Assembly: GCA_041159865.1 (NCBI GenBank)
Contig: JBEAXK010000079.1
Location: forward strand, 67-64,066
Source of the DNA: Bacteroidota bacterium
GTDB taxonomy: Bacteria; Bacteroidota; Bacteroidia; Chitinophagales; Saprospiraceae
Length of the DNA stretch: 64,000 bases
Reading direction: 5' to 3'
In this document: piece by piece, positions 1-7,273 of the stretch
Layout of the letters: each line of letters begins with the position of its first letter
How positions within the stretch are numbered: position 1 is the first letter of the stretch
Program-made: the position numbers and the translations under genes
Notes under the pieces: generated by a model
What the model was told of the DNA's origin: nothing
What the model saw: only the letters and a program-made list of their open reading frames with translations
Databases searched by the model: none

Positions 1-169
1 CTAAATCATACGCTTCCAAATAGTTAATTGCTTGTGTCGACATTTCAAATTCCAAGGCTCTTTGATAAATCACTTCCTGAAAACCATTACCTAATTCTGA
101 ATGCACAATCATTGCACAGCCCATTATTTTCGAGGTTAGTTCGGAGTATTTATATTCTTCCTTTATCAT
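1..169 (-). pseudogene. GxxExxY-family (PD-(D/E)XK-like) gene remnant, copy 1; runs off the window edge and lacks the central core
   Basis: Minus-strand translation from the ATG at 169-167 gives MIKEEYKYSELTSKIMGCAMIVHSELGNGFQEVIYQRALEFEMSTQ|AINYLEAYDL. The N-terminal block is typical of GxxExxY proteins. Compared with the paralogous copy at 2775-3117, about 125 nt encoding the ...REHEMPVYY...DFLAHGIIAVELK core are missing between STQ and AINYLEAY. Confidence 0.5.
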
Positions 170-192
170 AATAAATCATTTAATCGTAAAAA

Positions 193-846
193 TCATTGTT
201 CCGACAGTTTTAAGTAATGAATTAGCGGAAAATCCTTCACAGGTTCGTCAATGGCGGCAGGGTTCCCTTCGTCATTAAATAGAGAAAATTGGTGTGATTT
301 TTCCACTAAAAATTTAAACATATAATCTCTTCTTTTCAGCATGGAGCCATTTACCGCACTCCATTCTGAAAACACAATAGGTTGCTTCGTCGCGGGGTTT
401 GTAAAGTCGAGCGCATCGCCCCAAAGTATATTTCTATCCAACAGGAACCGAATGCTTCGTCTGCAATCCTCTTTGCATTTGTCCTTAAAATGGGAGGTAT
501 ATAAATCGTCAAATATTTGATAGAGACGCACCCTACATTCCTGTGCATTATCCTCCAGAATATCTACCCCGTAAATACTGGAAACGGCAATTACTGCATA
601 TCGTTCCCAATCCATTTGGTTATTGCCATATCGCTGATCAACCACTTTGAGCTTCCTTCGCAGCACTTCGGCTAGAAAGTTTCCATTGCCACAAGCAGGT
701 TCGAGAAATCGGGAGTCAATGCGTTCCGTTTCTTGCTTCACCAAATCCAGCATAGCGTTTACTTCCCTGTCATTGGTAAAAACTTCCCCATGGTCAGCTA
801 CCCGCTTTTTTGATTTCACCTGTTTTTTTTCATTCATACCGGACAT
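193..846 (-). CDS. SAM-dependent methyltransferase-fold protein, N6-adenine DNA-methyltransferase-like (motif I only)
   Basis: 217-aa ORF. HGEVFTNDREVNAMLDLV followed by FLEPACGNGNFL matches the pre-motif and motif I (SAM-binding FxGxG type) of gamma-class/TaqI-Eco57I-like adenine MTases. YGVDILEDNA and ILWGDAL resemble motifs II/III. I see no (D/N)PP(Y/F) catalytic motif, and the protein is too short to carry a target-recognition domain. Confidence 0.55.
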   Translation of the reverse strand: MSGMNEKKQVKSKKRVADHGEVFTNDREVNAMLDLVKQETERIDSRFLEPACGNGNFLAEVLRRKLKVVDQRYGNNQMDWERYAVIAVSSIYGVDILEDNAQECRVRLYQIFDDLYTSHFKDKCKEDCRRSIRFLLDRNILWGDALDFTNPATKQPIVFSEWSAVNGSMLKRRDYMFKFLVEKSHQFSLFNDEGNPAAIDEPVKDFPLIHYLKLSEQ

Positions 847-996
847 GGATAAACCTTTAATTTACTAGATTTTAGATAGTTATTTAAACGAAGTTAAATG
901 AAAATGTCAGAAAATAAGCCAAAAATTTTGGAAGTCATTGGTTCTGCGTTTATTAAAGGCATTTTGTGTCCTTTTTATACACATGGAAAGCGATTA

Positions 997-1242
997 TCAC
1001 ACCATTATTTTCCATACAAAATAGGCCAGAATACTTTGGAAACCAATGAAGCAGACCAACACAACGAGACAACCTTTGCTCGTTTTATTATACACTTTAT
1101 TATAAATGGCTTTTTCCGGGTCCGTCAAAATGCCTAATCCCTTCGGTGCTTTAAATCCCAGATTATGCCTGATTATTCGTTTTATGGAAGTACGGGCAGC
1201 GATTCTTTTCGTTAAAGAGGGTATTCGAAATCCAAATTTCAT
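997..1242 (-). CDS. Small basic protein with a C-terminal transmembrane helix (hypothetical)
   Basis: 81-aa ORF with a lysine/arginine-rich N-terminus (MKFGFRIPSLTKRIAARTSIKRIIRH) and a hydrophobic tail (CLVVLVCFIGFQSILAYFVW). It overlaps a plus-strand ORF (898-1137), so the strand choice rests on protein features only. Confidence 0.35.
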   Translation of the reverse strand: MKFGFRIPSLTKRIAARTSIKRIIRHNLGFKAPKGLGILTDPEKAIYNKVYNKTSKGCLVVLVCFIGFQSILAYFVWKIMV

Positions 1243-1570
1243 AGGGTTGATATTTTAAAATGACTATTTTCATGCGTTGTATTTATATTCCCTTTGGAAT
1301 TTGCATAAAGTTAAGCTATATTTAAGGGGTTGTATCACTCAAATAAAAATAGTTCTGCCAAATAGGGTCAAAAATGAAAATATTTTTGGTATCGCGCCCA
1401 TTAAACCATTTCCACCGAAATAAAAGTACTCTACTTATTTATTTTACCCTGGTATTGCTCATGGAGAGAGCGTAATTATGAAATATAAAAGAGGGCTTGA
1501 TTGTTGCACAAATTTTTTGGAAGGCTTTTCAGCATACACAATACCAACCGCTTTTGAACTTAACGAAATA

Positions 1571-1711
1571 TCAATATCTTCCGAAAACCGATTTATCAAT
1601 TGCAAAAACGATTTCCTTTACATCAAATCCATATTTTTTAGCCAGTAATAATGCTAATAAAAAAATATCGGCAAGTTCTTCTTTTACTTTTGAAGCATTT
1701 AAATCCTCTGC
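1571..1711 (-). pseudogene. C-terminal fragment of a MazG-like nucleotide pyrophosphohydrolase
   Basis: Minus-strand translation gives AEDLNASKVKEELADIFLLALLLAKKYGFDVKEIVFAIDKSVFGRY*. The EELADxxxxLLxLAxxxGxD helix is the conserved second EExxD-type helix of MazG-like proteins. The fragment is preceded immediately by an in-frame stop (TAA, 1714-1712) and I see no N-terminal half upstream. Confidence 0.4.
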
Positions 1712-1850
1712 TTAAAATTTAATTGGCACTAAGTCGTCTCTTATGCTACCGCTAACGTGCCGCACACAGACGCAAACCCTTTTCGGGTTTCGCTTGTGCG
1801 CTGTTATACCATGTGCCTTACTGTTATAAATTGTAATTGGAAATTGAATT

Positions 1851-2129
1851 CTAAACTACTCCTTGATGCAAATCCGCTATTGGAAATATTAAATCATAAT
1901 CATTCCAATTTAAATTTCCATCTAGAATTATAAATTGCTTGAATTTAGTTTCATCTAAATATTTTTTAATTGATGGATGAGATGAAGTTTCGAGGAATGA
2001 TTTAAAGTCAACCAATTTACAAACACCATCATAAAAAAATAACCTTATTGCATAATCACCGATATAAACAGCGGAATTGATTTCAATCAAGTCAGTTTGA
2101 ATATCAATATAATCTTCGACTATTCTCAT
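1851..2129 (-). CDS. DUF2442 domain protein
   Basis: 92-aa ORF. The pattern ...IRLFFYDGVCKLVDFKSFL....LDETKFKQFIILDGNLNWNDYDL..PIADLH matches the DUF2442 layout (F.DG....VD...L....F..v....G.l.W..g.D..Pe.LY). Its ATG overlaps the stop of the upstream DUF4160 reading frame (ATGA). Confidence 0.7.
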   Translation of the reverse strand: MRIVEDYIDIQTDLIEINSAVYIGDYAIRLFFYDGVCKLVDFKSFLETSSHPSIKKYLDETKFKQFIILDGNLNWNDYDLIFPIADLHQGVV

Positions 2130-2430
2130 ACGATTCTTGTATTAATTTTTTCAAATTCAATGTTCTTATGATAGATAAAATAATCTACCCATTTCTCTAC
2201 TATTTTGTCAGCTTATTTTTCAAGAAACACCTCAAAATCTTTTAAATTACTTCCTGTTAAAGGCCTGCGACCTTTTACTAATTTAATCTTAATTTCAACA
2301 ATTTCGCCATCAACAATATAAAACTCAGCTTTACTTTCTAATCCATTATATTTCCCATGAACGTGAATTGGCTCATGTTCATTAGAATAAAAAAGATTAA
2401 GACTCCAAGATATTCAAATATTTTAGGCAT
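2126..2430 (-). pseudogene. DUF4160 gene inactivated by a frameshift and an in-frame stop
   Basis: ATG at 2430-2428 gives MPKIFEYLGVLIFF. The frame is then lost at an A6 run (2389-2394). The next frame reads (Y)SNEHEPIHVHGKYNGLESKAEFYIVDGEIVEIKIKLVKGRRPLTGSNLKDFEVFLEK-TAA(2215-2213)-ADKIVEKWVDYFIYHKNIEFEKINTRIV*. FYSNEHEPIHVH is the DUF4160 signature (F..EH.PPH.H). No intact ORF appears in the six-frame track. Confidence 0.7.
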
Positions 2431-2774
2431 TCTTAAATGATTTGGTCAAAACTACAAAATCTTAGTGATTTGTAAAAAGACTCTGGATAGTCCTTTTCAG
2501 GCATTTGGTATAACTCGCTTATACCCGAAACTATCTTTCGTCTAGCCACTCATTTTACTATGTATTAGCGAAGGATCGTTTCGTTTTATTTCTAAATAAA
2601 GATACTATTTAATTCATAAGTATTCATTTATACAAGTATTCCTTGACAACGATATTATCATTGAGTTGCACCTGTATTTTGGTGCTGCCATTCTCGGTTT
2701 TTCAGATGATTATTTCACTCCTGGTCTGAATCAGATTTTACTCATTTTTTTGACCGTGTTGTGCACCAAGTATG

Positions 2775-3117
2775 TCATAGCTGTCTGAACTGTGATTCAT
2801 CTGATTTCTGGATTATTTTGATTTTTTTGTTTAAATCTAAATCATAAGCTTCCAGATAGTTAATCGCTTTTAATTCAACTGCTATAATTCCATGTGCTAA
2901 AAAATCACACACGACGCGTTCTGTTCTGATTATTCTTATAATAAACAGGCATTTCATGTTCCCGAGAAAGGTAAATTCCTTGTGACGACATTTCAAATTC
3001 AAAGGCTCTTTGATAAATAACTTCCTGAAAAACATTGCCTAATTCTGAATGTACAGTCATCGCACAGCCAATCATTTTAGAGGTTAATTCTGAGTATTTA
3101 TATTCTTCTTTTATCCT
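2775..3117 (-). pseudogene. GxxExxY-family gene, copy 2 (start codon lost, frameshifted)
   Basis: Minus strand: (AGG)IKEEYKYSELTSKMIGCAMTVHSELGNVFQEVIYQRAFEFEMSSQGIYLSREHEMPVYYKNNQNRTRRV-TGA. A shifted frame continues CDFLAHGIIAVELKAINYLEAYDL.... The position equivalent to the copy-1 ATG reads AGG, and the two halves of the family signature lie in different frames (shift near 2905-2915). Confidence 0.6.
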
Positions 3118-3470
3118 AATAAATCATTTAATCAGAAAAATTATTGTTCAGACAATTTTAAGTATTGAATCAACGGAAAATCCTTCATAGGTTCGTCAAT
3201 GGCAGCGGGATATACTTAAAGACAATTCTTTTTAAGAAAATTTTAGGGTGTAAAGATTTAAAAACATTTTGGAATGTGTTGAGAATTTAAAAATTATGGT
3301 ATATATATATTACAACAGTCCCTGTTAGCATACCTTAAGATCTGCTAGCGGGTCATTCTTTATATAGCTATGGCAAATAAAAAAGCCATTTTGTGTTCGT
3401 TTTATATGCATGGACAGGGACTATCACATCAGTATTTTCCATACAAAATAGGTTATAATACTTTGGTACT
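2837..3470. repeat. Copy 2 of the degenerate segmental duplication
   Basis: See copy 1. It has the same gene order, but the MTase-fold gene is deleted apart from its last ~65 nt and only the 3' end of the small membrane ORF remains. Confidence 0.7.
3141..3205 (-). pseudogene. 3'-terminal remnant of a second copy of the MTase-fold gene
   Basis: Minus-strand translation gives ..IPAAIDEPMKDFPLIQYLKLSEQ*, against ..NPAAIDEPVKDFPLIHYLKLSEQ* at the end of ORF 193-846. Homology stops abruptly at about 3205, so the upstream ~590 nt of the gene are deleted in this copy. Confidence 0.65.
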
Positions 3471-3560
3471 TGGACAGACACTTACGAAGATTGGGTTTTA
3501 GATACTTAGACGGACAGTTTTGTATTTTTTCGGATTTTTGTTTTTCCTGGAAAATAATTT

Positions 3561-3977
3561 TTATTTTTTTATGGTATAATGATTAACCATTCTTTCCGTC
3601 ATCATGTTGATGATTCTTTTGTTCATTTCCTTTTGAAAGGATAGATATTCTTTCAATTCCTCTCCATTAAATTGGCCAATGACCATGCCAATCAATAGAT
3701 TTTTAAAGGGTAGATCTCTTTTTATATTTAAGCTCAGCCATTGTAATGGATTCTTTTCCTTTATTTTTTCCCAGGAGACATTCTTATTTTTTAGAAATTC
3801 CTGAGCTAAGGTGATGATAAGATCATTTTGTAGCTTTAAAATAGGTCTTAAGGTTTCATTTTGAAAGTTTTCTTCTATTGAATCTGCTTTTTTTAATTCT
3901 AACAAAGGTCTTGATTTTGGTTCCATTCGTAAAAATTTTGTAACTTCGGAATAATAGGCTTTAGATAATTTAACCAT
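3561..3977 (-). CDS. Conserved hypothetical protein (helical, no recognisable motif)
   Basis: The ORF track gives 3561-4052. I prefer the internal ATG at 3977 (MVKLSKAYY...) because the longer form overlaps the signal peptide of the divergent pectate lyase gene. The start is uncertain, and the divergent starts would be only 15 nt apart. Confidence 0.45.
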   Translation of the reverse strand: MVKLSKAYYSEVTKFLRMEPKSRPLLELKKADSIEENFQNETLRPILKLQNDLIITLAQEFLKNKNVSWEKIKEKNPLQWLSLNIKRDLPFKNLLIGMVIGQFNGEELKEYLSFQKEMNKRIINMMTERMVNHYTIKK

Positions 3978-3992
3978 GTAAATAACAAGTAT

Positions 3993-5714
3993 ATGCGTTT
4001 TAGCCTCTTTTTGTTCATTCTTGTATTTCAAAGCCATATTATTGTCGCTCAAATACCCGCTTTTCCTGGTGCCGAAGGATTTGGCGCCTCTACTACAATA
4101 GGTGGCAGAGGAGGGAATGTCTATTACGTTTCTAACCTGAATTGTTCGGGTCCTGGTTCCTTAAATGATGCCTTAAATAAACAGGGACCAAAGTATATTT
4201 TGTTTTCAGTAAGTGGTGTTATCGATTGTGCCGCTGAAATTGAATGGGGCGATTGCTATATTGCAGGTCAAACTTCTCCGGGTGGTATCATTGTTAGAGG
4301 CATTTTAATTGATGACTTTTATGAGCCTTCAGGAAAAGCACAAAATATTATTATCAGACACCTGAATTCCAGACCAGGAAACCCCGATGTGAGGCCCGGA
4401 AAAGGTTGGGTCTTAGATGATGCCCTGAGAATAGATGGTGCTAAAGATGTGATTATTGATCATTGTTCTTTTGCAAATGCCATAGATGAGTGTATTCAAT
4501 TATCAAGGAGCTCAAGGATAACGATTTCGAATTCTATGTTAGCAGAGACGCTGGGTGGGCATTTCGACCTGGGCGGAATGTTGATTAATTATTCAACAGT
4601 AGCTCATCCAAAAGACAGTATTTCTCTTCATCATAATCTTTGGAATAGGATTGGAGGAAGAATGCCTGAAATAAGTTGTGAGGAAAGTGGTGAAAAACCT
4701 GGCGATAGAACCTGTCTTACCCGACCTTTCCGATTTGAATTTTCAAATAATTTACTCTGGGATCCTAATATTCAAATTTATTATGGCCCGGGTTTTAGTC
4801 CAGCCAATACTACCTCCTTCCATGATATTTATGCCAATTTTGTTTCAAATCACGCCATTTCAAGGCCAGGTTACTGCGGTGGTTTTTTTAATTTTGATTT
4901 ATTGGCAAATAAAAATAATCAGTTTTTTTCCTCTGGAAATACCATGGCAAAATATCCTAATTATTCCGATTATCAATTATTTTACTGTTGTAATGATTTC
5001 TGCCAATATAATCCAAATACGGAAAATGGTTTGGCCACCCGCAGATCAACCCGTTTTTCTTACCCATCCATTTCTTATACCCCCGCAAATCAACTAAGAA
5101 ATTATATGGTCGAACAGGTTGGTGCTTTTAACGGTCTTAGTCAGGGGCGTCGAGATCCAATGAATAAAAGGCTGTTAAATGCATTGAAAAATAATATCAT
5201 TGATTCCAGACCCGTTGATGGAATAGATTATTATAAAGATGCATTTGTTCTTGATTTTTCTGGTCAACCTGCTCCTCCAAAAGATACAGATGTCGATGGG
5301 ATGCCCGATGCCTGGGAAGTAAAATATGGTCTCGATGTCAATAAACCAGATCATAATGGGATGCAACTTTCCAATCTATTAACAGGTATTTCTGGTTATA
5401 CCAATCTGGAATGCTATTTAAATGAATTATCTAAACAATTGATAACGGGTACAACCACGCCCGTTAATGAAGTAAAGTTTCAACAACCACAAATCACCTA
5501 TATGGGTGAAGGTCATTTTAAAATATTTTTTCCAGAATATAAAGGAGATAATTTAACGGCGAGTCTGACGGATCTGACCGGTAGAATATTGTTACAATTT
5601 CCTGTTGAAAATGGTTACGGAGAGGGGTTTAAAAAAGATTTGGATAAAGGAATATATATTGTTAATATTAGCAATGTGAAATATAGGTTCGCCGAAAAAT
5701 TATTTATTTTTTAA
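3993..5714 (+). CDS. Secreted pectate lyase (PL1-like) with a TSP3-like calcium-binding motif and a T9SS-type C-terminal domain
   Basis: Signal peptide MRFSLFLFILVFQSHIIVAQ. Other motifs: FPGAEGFGASTTIGGRGGNVYYVSNL (N-terminal PL1 signature), VIIDHCSF (vWiDH motif), HHNLWNRIGGRMPE (R-x-P-x-R region), DTDVDGMPDAWEVKYGLD (DxDxDG type-3 repeat). The last ~85 aa have a beta-rich CTD pattern (LTDLTGRILLQF...KGIYIVNIS...KLFIF). Confidence 0.8.
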   Translation: MRFSLFLFILVFQSHIIVAQIPAFPGAEGFGASTTIGGRGGNVYYVSNLNCSGPGSLNDALNKQGPKYILFSVSGVIDCAAEIEWGDCYIAGQTSPGGIIVRGILIDDFYEPSGKAQNIIIRHLNSRPGNPDVRPGKGWVLDDALRIDGAKDVIIDHCSFANAIDECIQLSRSSRITISNSMLAETLGGHFDLGGMLINYSTVAHPKDSISLHHNLWNRIGGRMPEISCEESGEKPGDRTCLTRPFRFEFSNNLLWDPNIQIYYGPGFSPANTTSFHDIYANFVSNHAISRPGYCGGFFNFDLLANKNNQFFSSGNTMAKYPNYSDYQLFYCCNDFCQYNPNTENGLATRRSTRFSYPSISYTPANQLRNYMVEQVGAFNGLSQGRRDPMNKRLLNALKNNIIDSRPVDGIDYYKDAFVLDFSGQPAPPKDTDVDGMPDAWEVKYGLDVNKPDHNGMQLSNLLTGISGYTNLECYLNELSKQLITGTTTPVNEVKFQQPQITYMGEGHFKIFFPEYKGDNLTASLTDLTGRILLQFPVENGYGEGFKKDLDKGIYIVNISNVKYRFAEKLFIF

Positions 5715-5778
5715 TAATAAATAGTTTATAATTTCGGTTCTAATTTGGAAATTTTTTTAAAAAACAAACAACAAGTTT

Positions 5779-6441
5779 ATGAAAATCAAATTCATTCTCT
5801 TTTCTCTTTTATTTTCAGTGTCAGCCTTTGCTCAAAAGGATTACCTGACCTTTTATATTGAAAATAAAACTTCTACCGATTTATACGGTATTTATGTTAC
5901 CGGAACAGACGACGATTCCTGGGGTGAGGATATACTACCTGATGATACCTTCGAAGCTGGTACAACGCTGACAGTTACGATTCCGATTAATAAATCAACC
6001 GTCTGCGAACAAGATATTAAAATTACCTTTTCAGAAGATGATGATAGTCCATTGATTTTTGAAAATATAGATTTCTGTACGCTGGATAAAATGATTCTTA
6101 CTCAAAAAGGTAAAACAATTTATTATACCCTGGATGTCTTGGAAGAACTAACTTTTGACATTGAAAATAATACAAAAACAGATATGTATGGCGTTTTTGT
6201 AAATGGTTCGAAAGAAAATTCCTGGGGAGAAGATATTTTACCAGATGATACGTTTGAAGCGGGAACAGTTATTACCGTAACCATTCCCATACTCGGAGGT
6301 ACCACCTGTAAACAGGATATTATGATTACCTTCTCAGAAAAAGATGAAAATCCGTTAGTTTTTACCAAAATTGATTTCTGTAGGTTGACTAAAATGATTC
6401 TGACAGAAAGTAAGGGTAAAATATTTTATACCCTCGAATAA
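5779..6441 (+). CDS. Secreted protein made of two tandem ~100-aa repeats (unknown family)
   Basis: Signal peptide MKIKFILFSLLFSVSAFAQ. Residues 21-121 and 122-220 align end to end (..TF.IEN.T.TD.YG..V.G....SWGEDILPDDTFEAGT..TVTIPI.....C.QDI.ITFSE.D..PL.F..IDFC.L.KMILT...K..YTL). Each repeat has two Cys. Confidence 0.7.
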   Translation: MKIKFILFSLLFSVSAFAQKDYLTFYIENKTSTDLYGIYVTGTDDDSWGEDILPDDTFEAGTTLTVTIPINKSTVCEQDIKITFSEDDDSPLIFENIDFCTLDKMILTQKGKTIYYTLDVLEELTFDIENNTKTDMYGVFVNGSKENSWGEDILPDDTFEAGTVITVTIPILGGTTCKQDIMITFSEKDENPLVFTKIDFCRLTKMILTESKGKIFYTLE

Positions 6442-6510
6442 TCCTTCGTCATTTTTAACCATATTATTATCTTTAAGAGGGAATGATTTAGAATATAAAT
6501 GTGATTTAAA

Positions 6511-7203
6511 ATGAAAAGAATTACTTCAAACTTTATTTTTTTGTTTCTTATTTGTACGGGCATGTTTGCTCAAACAAATAATATATGGTCGGAAGAACCG
6601 CCAGATAATATTAAGAATCTTAAGTTCATGACCCCTACAGAACTTGAACAGCAATTTTTATCTTCACAAAAAATTCCTGCTTTTACAGCCGTTTTAAATG
6701 GTTTACAGAAAAGAGGATTTGTAAAATTAAAAATGAAGGAAGGGAATTGGGGTTTTACCGGGGAATATAATACAGGAAACGGTGTTTATGCTAAATCTAA
6801 ATTTTTGGCTTTTGATTTTTATAATCCCAAAGCAGGCAAAGGAGGTCAGGGAGCTTCTATTATTATGAGACAAGTGGGTAATTCAACGTATACCGCCTAT
6901 GTCATTTTTCCTGAAGGGGATGTTAGTATTGAAGATGCATTTACCAAAGGAGAAGAATGGTACGCAGACGCCCAAAATAATTTACAACCTGCAAAAAGCT
7001 GGATTCGCTGCTTTTGGCGCGAGGTAAGGGATGATTGCGCTTACACCTGTATTGTTAGAGTTGCGGTATGTACTGCGCTAAATGCAGCATTAGGCGTAGC
7101 AACAGGTGGTGTGAGTTTATCAGCTGCGATTGCAATTTTCGCTTCTTGTGCAGGAGATTATTGTGCTCCCTGTCTGGCCAGGCAAGCACTTCAATGCTTC
7201 TAG
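6511..7203 (+). CDS. Secreted protein with a Cys-free N-terminal domain and a Cys-rich hydrophobic C-terminal tail (possible halocin-C8-like bacteriocin precursor)
   Basis: Signal peptide MKRITSNFIFLFLICTGMFAQ. Residues ~22-166 contain no Cys. The last 64 aa (nt 7009-7200) contain 8 Cys around an Ala/Gly/Val-rich core: CFWREVRDDCAYTCIVRVAVCTALNAALGVATGGVSLSAAIAIFASCAGDYCAPCLARQALQCF. Confidence 0.7.
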   Translation: MKRITSNFIFLFLICTGMFAQTNNIWSEEPPDNIKNLKFMTPTELEQQFLSSQKIPAFTAVLNGLQKRGFVKLKMKEGNWGFTGEYNTGNGVYAKSKFLAFDFYNPKAGKGGQGASIIMRQVGNSTYTAYVIFPEGDVSIEDAFTKGEEWYADAQNNLQPAKSWIRCFWREVRDDCAYTCIVRVAVCTALNAALGVATGGVSLSAAIAIFASCAGDYCAPCLARQALQCF

Positions 7204-7242
7204 CTTGTTAAATGCTTAGTGGTTAATAATAATAAATGCTAA

Positions 7243-7273
7243 AGGGGGAATAAAATAATCATTATTCCCCTTT
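7243..7273. terminator. Imperfect hairpin between convergent genes (bidirectional terminator candidate)
   Basis: aaagggggaataa / aataatca / ttattcccctttc. The G/C core plus A/T arms has one bulged G, A-rich and T-rich flanks, and overlaps the last codons of the minus-strand gene. Confidence 0.45.

Larger units (their letters stand above)
1..1045. repeat. Copy 1 of a degenerate segmental duplication (GxxExxY remnant, MTase-fold gene, 3' end of the small membrane ORF)
   Basis: By-eye alignment: 1-260 matches 2837-3205 apart from an approximately 125-nt indel, and 957-1040 matches 3382-3468 (for example ttttccatacaaaatagg..aatactttgg is shared). Copy 1 keeps the full MTase-fold gene. Confidence 0.7.

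Noticed and set aside
898-1137. 79-aa plus-strand ORF overlapping the 81-aa minus-strand ORF
   Set aside because: Only one of the two is likely to be real. The minus-strand product has a coherent basic head plus a transmembrane tail, whereas the plus-strand product has no such organisation. Neither is strongly supported.
1497-1715. 72-aa plus-strand ORF
   Set aside because: The opposite strand of the same DNA gives a recognisable MazG-like C-terminal helix (EELADIFLLALLLAKKYGFD). The plus-strand translation has no features, so I treat the locus as a minus-strand gene fragment.
3301-3310. (AT)5 microsatellite and nearby short direct repeats (tacttggacagac / tacttagacggacag, 3465-3515)
   Set aside because: They are too short to be meaningful and lie in decayed non-coding DNA with no adjacent gene that they could plausibly regulate.
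4678-5366. ORFs 4678-5097 (+) and 5175-5366 (-) inside the pectate lyase gene
   Set aside because: These are an alternative frame and an antisense frame of a gene whose main frame carries clear PL1 motifs. They have no independent support.
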